64,000 bases of DNA, from the IMG/VR virus record IMGVR_UViG_3300029319_000008. One strand, written 5' to 3'. The DNA comes from an uncultured virus (IMG/VR IMGVR_UViG_3300029319_000008). Its lineage: Duplodnaviria; Heunggongvirae; Uroviricota; Caudoviricetes. This document shows positions 22,801-30,100 of the stretch, piece by piece. The notes beneath the pieces are model-generated. The model was not told the DNA's origin, searched no databases, and saw nothing but the letters and a program-made list of their open reading frames with translations. The translations under genes and the position numbers were made by a program. Numbering within the stretch: position 1 is the stretch's first letter; each line of letters starts with the position of its first letter.

Positions 22801-22942
22801 CAACATCATCAGATAAGTTGGAGAAAAGTGCTGACTTCTCATCAGCACCACCACCCAATCTCAAATTCAAACTTGTATTGTTTTTGATTTTTAGAGAATT
22901 CGATTTAAGAATCTCTTTATCAGCATTAAATTCTAACGCCAT
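10811..22942 (-). CDS. Giant modular tail-fibre/structural protein, 4043 aa
   Basis: N-terminal YVS..G.D..DG...SIKKA...G.Y.E.NP beta-helix-like head, BNR-like S.DG..W repeats, Gly-rich G.GY modules, a cupredoxin-like domain, and a C-terminal SFLIDHP...GSLEGPE domain. Confidence 0.85.
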   Translation of the reverse strand: MALEFNADKEILKSNSLKIKNNTSLNLRLGGGADEKSALFSNLSDDVDKLVRVGINTLSPQYELDVEGQIRTTTSIISDTARINNLDIDTIVNPRLNLKAPNLQSFVDPETGVTFFPTSETPAFDDDTDKVATTNFVYNIATNDVGGRIYVSEQIGNDDFDGRSATKPVRSIKKAAQIAGTTPDKETLIVAGGDYLEDNPISIPDKCSVVGDNIRLCIIRPRNPNKHMFKNQNENYMIGVTFRDKIQTNSEGFEEPVGTWAYAYVFDDKQRIYYDKTLGGQFGRDLPIGYQIFGEGIFRIQFNRGNINDPEFEVGDEIAGVATGSRAIITEKSFGLPESDIVAERTSQDLGFIVVNEVRGALEQGDTYKYTPVPVAGAVRWKQETAYTLGQVVFTDTVQYEVTTAGTSGTVAPSHVSGVATNGSASFTFTTSIPQYEFVATKVFSLRAEGESVEHVTNHPAYLLEECYFDDSYPDGMVFVTNNYHNFEVGQWVDFDQLPSTGTGADLNRFNGRQYVTHRIEQVDGFSKKFVVFKDTPATGVGTPANPFTLTTFAANATSSDNYVRFSLLNSPFKFEESAKQGHRFLDGADLIRRNKEFIADEALIRTKAKYPSLIIPDESQCKTDIKHILNAVQYDLAHGGNAASLEAANNYIVGGALTHITSQLTETRFAFEQARELSVLAIRNRIRYLDGASISPNSAAVGSINSAKWVNTQFIAVGDSGNILTSTDGSSWTSRTNPIAGADYKDIIWNGTTTVVVGGNSGNGVVITSTNGINWAIAENSLGSAVIETIAWDDNEQWVGFGGTQWFTSDDGQDWTARGSFVPINGSGTHSVIDVIWDYKNTQFVAVSSGGSAYTSPDGTTWTERTTTASSFSAITGNEDVLIAAAGNVIYKSTDGINWEIGIANSLVGDRYADAADLILANKVMIAEIAVNKMLANNPTFSIPTGNQACKDDVIDFIEAMVIDLQYGGNDQTYDAANLYVTGAHVAGEENESVEVFNYAEVLVIQAMRNEAFNETDVQNYASGLLQSFDNTITTDPNPLGGNTPHTFVSAVTDGVRESDGTTFSNQVTDVTYTPTSGEMVIEINGHGLTAPSQHTASTATYNPNTGFMVVTVANHGFANGDQVKFADGSITFSCGYNGATGAAAEESYPRPGDYASGRWLAVSNVTQDTFTVQVLASAPSTNVDPHTFVSAVTNGIEKAESTIYIENNGLTFTCGMDNNATNHSYPRPTDPASQSTAELNNGILAVSSVTTNTFTVNVGPAGDETFKCTNVKSAITILFDILTNAIGAGGGDHTWVGGTVSNAVQSGGGYTHTFVSGTVTSNAGALPNPITDIVYTPNDGNMVITSSNHGLTTSNTISIADNALSFTCDMDGNTATKTYPRSTDPVSGQTIAITAADTNTFTINVGASPIVNHDVSDATYNPTTGLLELTIGSHSLSANTSVKIKNGSLIFTCDLDGNTSQKAYPRPSDPYYDTAINIDSVTATTITLNVGVAFAAGTLSGVTRTPSGKNNNKLYHDGYQFWCTTDDGLVSSYDGRAWNVIANTPGINFTTIATSYDEVVAFATATSKFYRSDNLVPAGTSSETTFRDTTISNTYEANRDYVCSNVQSAIYTYFEIIDTVISGGTAPAVTLPEKTFVDNGSKFITFARNFLDLPVIEVSPYIFNSSVISFLGGSGCEIDGAKVATPNIIRPGLPEQGKSMVAAAFTIISFGGTGYRVLNDGYTQLVSVFCIFTRDGALVESGGYASLTNSASNFGLFALRASGFREDPYSFDVGKVDNITFDLIGTPSFEIADINQEPREHYIIKIDGIKSVLRTGNNNPEYFIDSVLQVGQTTATVQADANMYLIGNANRYTDAAVLIERNKKYIAEEAFYTELYSNTHSFSPNYTKCIRDTELIVQAIADDIRDDGNAFTWDAGKLYVESNAIAHISGYTAATKAVFDEATILCKKAINNQLKKIGTTLTTAETSAGYYVAQYTTVVPYVDTTVTHDVSSPAGQTGTASDLYSNSDCANVQTAINTLNTLIDEIIDNPTSTDTLPSGAVRNDGQFLLDNSTRYKLLDHVINLHRPSICNSSSHTWEFSGSGIDYNALPQNGGKRGSENTEDFEQVSQVNGRVYASGTDELGNFKVGYFANIENRTGNITFGGTVEIEEVAFLKIKGGDIEIVGFSGDDKLGDISLGSTEQQSERILATQASIRGYITNNYGDYKNQPYGTTPSPGNLVQLDSTGRINIDQIPALRPFNVFTVPDLAGRLALEGPLAGDIVIQLAPNNISYILNNDSYSQIIEFTPNPDFQFTTNTVISGTPSTAQGTLTSYIQGEVSPIVTIVSGGSGYTSAPTITIGVQYANSTGYSSGAQVAANGNLYNVTTSGTTASGGSGPNHTSGSANDGTVTFEYVGVAAAGTVSIDNNRISEITITTRGSGYESVPSVTFDNTGTNGTSASASVNIRSRLAVTLIGNIKFAAGDAIDDESSIPPPPETITKNVTVQNNLSGNNKFYIDAVEAPVLELIEGNTYEFDQSNNSNLTHPLRFSTTANGTWGGGTEYTTGVTITGTPGVDGKTTIVVGASTPTLYYYCSGHSGMGGTANTPVATNIPRTVNVNNVVNTSGSLEANWVQLTSTNIDAASITTGVINPSRLANISANFPANANSFLRGDSTFAPAVSSLKPLSTETPLLFGSSNSRLSYIDAIEITNGGSGYTTGTYNGQTVTGGQGSGLIANFTVSDGAVKSISVTNGGTGYRLVIDENVTPVQFAEEPPRVIFKDSNGNVIVNVVGKAITSQGVVTEVRIIDGGSGFSTAPLIEFQGVGNSAAATATIDDGVISRVAVVEGGIGYNADFDITTLPGSVNGSGSGADIEAKQATVSKFFNDITLDVKRGDNLTIAGDDFSNVGVWRFYKSQWDFGIDGALTLKTGGGSGLDADKLDGEEGSYYRDADNINTGRLNENRLSGVYTIDITGVATQSLNLNLSDLRQTTQAPSNAPLGTRGQWKKNADNSLFDGGSDHTVYGSRRGTADGTTFDGYAITEIALTDNNNQWIRGHGGNFVGSIAITKAGNGYTPGVYKSVKLGGGEGYGLKADITVNASGQISNVAIVDTGYGYNETGNAPAIFTCVLPENVFGLKNGRQYDSGYVRWTSGQTYGINTKVYVPETIGFGRLYNVTVSGTSGTTDPTHTSGAAQATSGTAVFDFIGSLGAELTANLAEINDNLWSSWYKVWTSGNQGLGSGMDSEFLGTKSGTFYRSAVNINNGYLSNRRLPQSLSPKSIIDSLSVTRFDPQVQINNGSVYEFILDNILLTNDDLQVLDTGGSSANQNGDTFYTLNLYTDNNVNQGTINVLNVTPQYEADNVWELGYSNVTAVDFDPETDYTVGQLIYVIIAGTLGETVYLYEVTVAGKSGTTSLNHTSGAVYNGTAEFRFVSEGIPPSREVQYNNNIYITEDFIRTPTNYANNLVLGVGTLVIANQYLYTVTTAGTTSASGNGPSHTAGAATDGSVGFTYVSSRPNIIPIHGPNDGTVSGVRWDRASQLSHTKVEAELISGVLNNTVTKFGTAVNPATYYSIADFGLTSSTSYSINKHKLFADGTGNPVISLGNERESTSGQIRFFTSGNEFTLANGDPNPDGYDVRILASGGTSTVGTGTINFQANAAQVNGNNIWHAGNITFANGVDSVNAAYDATANGQGVIRDSSGDIGFRNAYGDLIGLASENLPLSGGTLTGQLKQEVTNTTAWNPQLNTANTYTPFPHELAILNSEAGNASTFASLYLQAGRASDGQRYSSARVTAVKAGDYRADLVFGVRDTDFYERVRIRYNGNVGIGVTAANIGSKLTVNASGGAGYAQSASGAGILFKNFDSDAGYPSLFTLDNAFDRDIGIGLARQGTVRWNIWNDANISPNDILRITNSNGDHVFSMYQRSDANDVTTSRVGMFTGLNVPTHTLTVNGTFSAKSKSFLIDHPTKENYKLQHGSLEGPEHGVYVRGRVKDGVITLPDYWLQLVDEDTITVQLTGIGPGERCVIHISDNKIVTGGGDAFYFVQAERKDVPKMEVEMEVEK

Positions 22943-22965
22943 GTTCTTCTAAATTCCTTCTTTGT

Positions 22966-22972
22966 TATTTAG
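22966..22972 (-). promoter_or_regulatory. Late promoter core CTAAATA
   Basis: TAAATA core ~24 nt upstream of the 4043-aa gene start. Confidence 0.6.
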
Positions 22973-22980
22973 TACGTTTA

Positions 22981-23355
22981 TTATGGGAGGGTACGATCCA
23001 CAAACTGTGTTAGATCTATAGCATTTTTATAATATTCATCATTATCTGCATCATCAAATGCAGTTCTAGAATCATGTAATTGCTCAAATCTTTTTTTACA
23101 TTCAGGATGATTTTGTTCCATATAATCATAATGATCACTAACTTCTATTGGAGCAACATCATCTAACATTATGATAAATTCTAATCTTCTTTTTGTAGCA
23201 TCATAATATTTGTCTGTAATATAATAATGTTCTGGAAACTCATTAAGGAGTGCTTGAGCATTTTCTTTACTAATATTTTTTACCACATATTCTGCCTCCA
23301 TGTCATGTAACATGTGGTTACTTGTAATTTTTGCTCCGTCTACTGGGTCAACCAT
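22981..23355 (-). CDS. Hypothetical protein, 124 aa
   Basis: Clean ORF with its own GATAAATA box at 23378-23385; no recognisable family. Confidence 0.75.
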   Translation of the reverse strand: MVDPVDGAKITSNHMLHDMEAEYVVKNISKENAQALLNEFPEHYYITDKYYDATKRRLEFIIMLDDVAPIEVSDHYDYMEQNHPECKKRFEQLHDSRTAFDDADNDEYYKNAIDLTQFVDRTLP

Positions 23356-23383
23356 AGTAAAATTGTTTAGTATAATTTATTTA

Positions 23384-24154
23384 TCAATCTCTTTCAGTAA
23401 CTACTGCAGTTACATTTCCTACCCAACGTATACCAGTTCCTAAACTTTCTAAAGTACCATTGGAAGAAACAGATGCTTGGAATGAAAATTCTTTTGTTGT
23501 TTGGTTTACACTAGGAGTAAGCGTCCAAGTATGACCAGGAGGAACATTATCTCTAACTATTGTAGCAGAAACTGCTGCGATTGAAAGAGTTTGATCTGCT
23601 ACATCATCAGTTAAAATTGCAGTTTCAATTTTGATTGCCGTTTCCCATTTCCTACCATAATTAGTAAACTCTACAGTTCCTGTTGTTGGATCAGAAGAAT
23701 TAATTGGTGTTGTGATGTCAAATGTAAAATTATCAGAGTCAACTACAACAACTTGATAAGTTCCATTAGCAGAAGATCCCGAAGAATCAAAAGATGCAAC
23801 AATAGAATCTCCAGTTGTTAATCCATGATCAGACAAAGAAATTGACACAATTGATTCATTAGCGTTGATAACATATAATCCAATTGGATACCCGTCCCAG
23901 GTAGCAATTGCAAATACATTAGAAAATGCTACTTTATTCCTAGCAATTACATGTGCTGGTTCTAAACTAGCAGAAGAAGTAGTATCATTTAAAGTGGCAA
24001 AACTAACAAACTCTTTTTTAAAAGCAGTGGTATTTAAAACATTAGTTACTTTAACTGAGTTAGCATCGATAATATCTCGATTGGGGTCAATAATAGTAGA
24101 TTCTCTTACTGAAAATCCACCCTCAGATTGTAATGATTTTAGAACTCTTGGCAT
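23384..24154 (-). CDS. Virion structural protein, 256 aa
   Basis: SEGGFSV N-terminal motif, HGLTTGD...NGTYQV...F module, position in the fibre cluster. Confidence 0.8.
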   Translation of the reverse strand: MPRVLKSLQSEGGFSVRESTIIDPNRDIIDANSVKVTNVLNTTAFKKEFVSFATLNDTTSSASLEPAHVIARNKVAFSNVFAIATWDGYPIGLYVINANESIVSISLSDHGLTTGDSIVASFDSSGSSANGTYQVVVVDSDNFTFDITTPINSSDPTTGTVEFTNYGRKWETAIKIETAILTDDVADQTLSIAAVSATIVRDNVPPGHTWTLTPSVNQTTKEFSFQASVSSNGTLESLGTGIRWVGNVTAVVTERD

Positions 24155-24156
24155 TG

Positions 24157-27100
24157 TTATCTCTTAACAGTATGGGAAACTAGTTTAATATTGTATGTAG
24201 TNNNNNNNNNNCATGTTCTGAATAGCAGACGCAAAACTTACAGTTGTATCTGCATCTGATGTGATGTTACTTGTTGTTGATGCAGATGATACAAATATAT
24301 CATGTAAATCACCATTACCATCTGCCCTTGTTCCTACAAAAATTACATCTAAATCACCTGTATTCGCAAGAGTTCCATCATCATTAACAGGTTCATCTAA
24401 TGCTGCATAAGTTCTAGATCTAGCAGTGTAACTTAAATTATCACCATCAGCAATAATTACACCTTGAATATTTTGCTCGTTATCATTTGTATTAGAATAA
24501 TCTAATGCTGCATTAAAGAAGAATTGTCCATCAGCAGAATTACTTGCTACACTGAAAATTTGACTATCAATTCCTGTTGCAACTATAGATCCAACTGCAG
24601 ATAAATCACTAAGATTATAATATCTTGCTTGAATTTCAGAAGTTCCAGAATTATAATACATTTTCATAACTTTTGTTGTTCCAACTACAGACCATTGCAC
24701 ATTAGTACCACTTGCAATTGCTGCTGCTGATCCTGAAGTTGCAAAAGTACCACCAGTTCCTAGTGTATACTTTTGAACAGATGTGCCATTAGAAACATAT
24801 ACATGTGTGCCGTCACTAAACGCATCTTGTAAATCTTGTCCACTTTCTAATTGAACTGGAGTAGACCAAGATATGGTATTAGTCGCTCCACCTGTAACCT
24901 GTCCATGAACTTCAGAAATACCTGATGATGTTTCATATACAACAACTGCATATCCATTTGCAGATAATACTCTACACACTCTTCCATCTCTTGTGGATGT
25001 AGGATCATAAGAAGAAATAGTGTCGCTTGTAAAGAAAGCAAGAGAACCAAATGTAATAGTTCCATTAGTTTGTACATCACCAACAATATACTCACCACTT
25101 TCTCCTGCCCAAACAATTCTATTTGTTGCTGAGTCAAATGCCATAGAAGCACAATCAGAATCGCTAGATGCAGTTAAAGGAATTTGACCACCAAAAACAA
25201 TACTGTCATGTGATACATTACCAACTCTAAATCCACCAAGTTTTCTATCTGCTGTATTGTTAGCATATATTACAACTCTATCAGCATCAGGATCCATAAC
25301 TGATTGAATATTTTGTGTAAAGAATGAAGAAGAAACAAGACCACCAGATCTTTCTTTAGCAACAGGAATAAAGGTATTAGTTGCACTTCCAAGTTCAGTA
25401 ACTCTTACGGATACATCTGAACCAGTAAGATCTGCTTCAATATCAGCAAGAACAACATCAGTGTAAAGTTTACTATTTTCTGTGTAAATAATATCCTCTC
25501 CATTACCTCTAACTAGATAAGATATTTCAGAATATTGTTTTCTTGGATATAACTCTGTGATTGGGAATTGCTCTTCAACTTCAACCATAATTTTTCCAGA
25601 CCATGCTTCTGCCCATGGATATAAAACTGCAGTAACAATGTTACCACCAGAAGCATCTAGAGTGGCAGTTTGAGTAGAAATTTTAGTATTTGCAAGTTCA
25701 AGTTTTTGAAGGTTTGCATCAAGAATAGTGAGATAATTATCTGCTGTGGAAGAGAACCCTCTGTTAATTTGTAAAGACCCAGTATTTGTCAACTTAAGAA
25801 GTTGATAAGAATCAGAAGATGCAGGTTCAAATCCAAATGATAGATTATCTTTATCAGTTTTAATTATTTCATCTGTTGCAGTAGAAGAAATTTCTAAAGC
25901 GTTTGTGCTAAGAGTAAATTTACCATTAACATTTACATTGATATCATCAACATTAACAGTTAAATCATCATATCTATATGAAACCCATGTAAGAGTTACA
26001 TTACCATTTGAAGCACTACCTGAGGTATGAGTAGGGAAAGTTGTAGTGTAAGTTCCATCATTATCAATAGTGTATACATTGTCTCCATAATATACGTATT
26101 GTTGTACATTATTTCCTTCATCATCTACTACAAATTGTGTCACTGCTGCTTCAGATGTCCACTCAGATGCAGTTCCATATGTATTAGAATTAATTGTATT
26201 AAGAGTGTCAAGATTTAATTCAGTTTGACTTACTCTTAAAGTTTGAGTGCCATCATTAAAGAACCAAATATTATTATCATCACTACCAGGGAATTCTTCA
26301 CCAATAACAAAAGTATTACCATCAACATCTCTTACACCACCAAGAGATACAAAGTATTCTCCATTATATCCTTCAAATTGACTTCTATCAGTGTTATACC
26401 TTACAGATCCTTGTGCTGGTCCTCCAGGACGATTAGCATCATTACCAACAGGTAATCCTAAAGCACCAGTTCCACCAATAAGAACTTGAGAGTTTGCTTC
26501 AGCAGTTAATGTTAGATTTCCAGATGTAGTTGTAATAGCATTGTTATTTAATTGCATAGTAGTTGCAATTTCTATTCCCTCTGGATCTGCTACTAATTTC
26601 TTAGCAGTTACAACACCATTTACAGCATCAAATTGAATATTATTAAATTCAGCAAGAGAATCAACAGTTAGAGAGAATCCTGATGGGAAGTATCCATCAT
26701 GAGAAATAGTTGCAGTACCATTAACAACAGAACTTGCAATACTTTGAACTGTAAATGCAGCACCTGAACCATTAGTAAGAGAATCTACTGAAATAATAAC
26801 AGTTACTGGATCATCTGTTGCTCCTCCTTCTCCTTCTCCTCCTTCATCATCTCCGCTACCACCAGATCCAAATAATCCACCATCAAATTCAACTTGTTCA
26901 CCTACTTGATATCCAGTACCATTTTGAAGAATAGTTGCTGAACTAATATTTCCACCCGAATCACTTACAAATCTTACCTCTAATCCTCCTCCTGTTCCTG
27001 ATGTACCTGACTGAGTTAAATCATAAGTTTGAGTATCTCCATATGCACCATTATCACCACCACCTGCAATAGAAATTGTTGCAGCACCAGTATTAATAAA

Positions 27101-30100
27101 GTCATTATCTAATGTAAATTGATCTCCAACTAAGAATAAATCACCAGAAAGGTTACCACTTGGTGAGATACTAGTAACTGCACCAGCACCATTTGTAGTA
27201 ATATCAACAAAAAGACCTGTACCATTACCAGTTGTTACAGTACATGGCACATCTTCAACAGTTGAGGATGCAGGATAACCACTACCACCGTTATTAGTAG
27301 TAATTCCAGATACACCATCTTTACCAAAAGTTGGAAGACGTGTTCCTGTAGTTCCTGCTTGAGTTACCTCATATTTGTAAAATGTTGAATAGTACTGCTG
27401 CCCAACTGTTACTGCCTGTGATAATGGGAAGATAGCAACTCCTAATGTAGCAGGATCATAAGTATCTGCTGGTAAATCAAGAACATCATCTACTGAATAA
27501 CCTGCACCTAAATTAGTAATATCAACAAAAGATACAGAATTTAATCTTTCTACTGTATATTCAAACGCTGTGGTTGGTGCTGGAGGAGTAACAACATTAC
27601 CTTGATCATCAGTATAAGTTAAATCAGTAGAACTTACAGTAAGAAGATCTCCAACTAAATATCCACTACCTGGAGTTGTAATGTTAAATTCAGTAATAAC
27701 ACCTCCAGATGCTACAACTCTTGCTTGTGCATTTGATCCTGTTCCAGTAGCACCAAGAGTTGCAATACCAACAGCAAATCCAGATCCAGTAGATACAGTT
27801 GCTGCTGCAAGTTGACCACCACTTCCTAATGTAACTGCATTAAGATTAATCTGACCAGTCATATTAGAATGATTAGCACAAACGTAATAATATATTCCTG
27901 AAGAAAGAGATGAAGTATCTAAACTAATTGTACCACTTTCAGTACCATTATTTGTTACTGCAACATTATATGCAGCATCATAACCATTAGTTTCTGGATC
28001 TAATTGTGTTACTATCCAGAATGGATGACCAGTAGCAGAAACATTAAATACTAAAGTATCTCCAACATCTGCATTAATAGTTGCATTATTACCAGAAACA
28101 CTTCCATTTCTATCAGTTCCTGAGAATGTAAAAGCACTAGAACCAGAATGTCCAACTGATAATGTAAATGATGAACTTTGATAAAGATCAGAATCTGCAA
28201 CTGTGAAAGTATCTGAAGTAGTATATCCTCCACCACCTGCATTTACAGTTGCTGCTGAAATAGCACCGCTAGAAACGGTAATGTTTGCAGTTGCATTAGT
28301 ACCACTGCCTGAAGAATTTACTAAAGCAACGTTATTATATGTTCCGTCTTGATAACCAGAACCTGCTTGAGAAATTGTTAAAGAACCTGATAAAATAGAT
28401 CCACCAACATCAGAAGTACTTACTCCAAGAGAATCAGATAAAGCATATCCAGAACCTCTAGCACTAATTACAACTTGAGTTACAGATCCACCTGAAATTG
28501 TAAAATCTGCAGTAGCATTGGATCCAGTACCACTTGTAAGTGGTACACTAGTATAAGATCCATCTACATAACCACTACCTCCAGTTAATGTACCAAGTAC
28601 AGTGATAGCACCAGAAGCAACGTTTACATACTGAACAGGAATATCTAGATAAGTTGTATCATAATATCCAGCACCTGGTTGTGTAATAGTACCAGTAAAT
28701 GCAACTGTTACATTTGCAGTAAAATCAGCACCTGTTCCTCCTCTAAATTGAACATTTTGTGTTGTTCCTACTGTATAACCTCTACCTGGAATAATTGTGG
28801 TTCCATCAATTGCTTTGTTAATTAAATTAACAGGTTTGAAGAAACTAATCTGCTGAGTAGTTTGCTTCATGATAGGACCATTATATCCTACCGTCGTAAT
28901 TGAATTTGTAGTATCTTTAAAGAATCCAAGTTCTTCATCCGAATCAAAAGTAATTGACGGAGCAATTTCAGTACCGTCATTAACTAAAATTCTACCAGCA
29001 AATCTACTATCACCTGCAACTGTAAATTTCTCTGTAAGTGTAGTTGCAATATCAGCAGACCCAGGATCATTACCAATACTTACAACAGATCCAGTGTCAG
29101 TTGCTAAGAAAGTATGATTATAAATTTTAGCAGTGCTGTTAACTTCTAATGTATAATCTTCAATAGTATTGGGATCAGTTGGTCCAAATATACTAATTTT
29201 ATTATTAGTAGAATCAATTTGAAGAAGATCAGTATCAAAAGCAACGCTACCATTGATTGTGGTAGCATCATTAGAACCTGCAACTGTCAATCTACCAGCA
29301 GTTCCAAGATCACCTTGAATACTCAAGTTACCTGATGTTGAAATACCTCCAGTAGTACTTAATACACCACTAACAGTTAAGTTTTGTGCAGTAGTAGTTC
29401 CAAGATTTACTGTTCCTGTAGTTGCAGAAAGATTACCATTAACAGTTAAGAAATCTTCAAGAAGTAAACTTTCAGCAGTAATAGCACCTGTTTTAGCAAT
29501 ACTTACAAAATTTTGTAATGTTGCACTACCAATTGTTATAACACCATTTTGACCATAGGTAGTATCTGTAGAAACGATACTATTACCCATGCCAGTATGC
29601 TGAGAGCAATAATAATATAAAGAAGGAGTAGTAGCAGTTACAATAATATAAGCACCATTCCCACCATTTAAAGCACCTGCAAGAGTAGTATATTGAGTTC
29701 CACCTGCTTGAGTTCCATCTGATGTTTCTGAGAATTCAAATGGATGTTGTGCATATGTCTCAGTATAAGTTGCATCTGGAGCAAATACAAATTTGTAAAG
29801 GGTGTCTTTATTTAAATCTAACGCTGGTGCTTCAACATAACCATTTCCATCATTTAAATCAATCCAATAAGCATTTCCTCCACCACCAGATTTAGGTCTT
29901 ACTTGAACATTATATGTTACAGTAGTACCAATACCAGCAAGAGTATCATCACTACGAAGTTCAAATCCAGGAGAAAGTTGCTCACCAGCAACATATCCTT
30001 CACCTGTCACTGCTGTTTCTAAACCTTCATCAACAATATTTGCAGATGATAAGAATTGAATTGCACTAAATTCAAATTCAAATCCACTACCTCCTCCAGG

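Noticed and set aside
24185..24211. Programmed frameshift or pseudogene at the end of the ~3090-aa gene
   Set aside because: The frame change coincides with a 10-N placeholder gap, so an assembly artefact is the simpler explanation.
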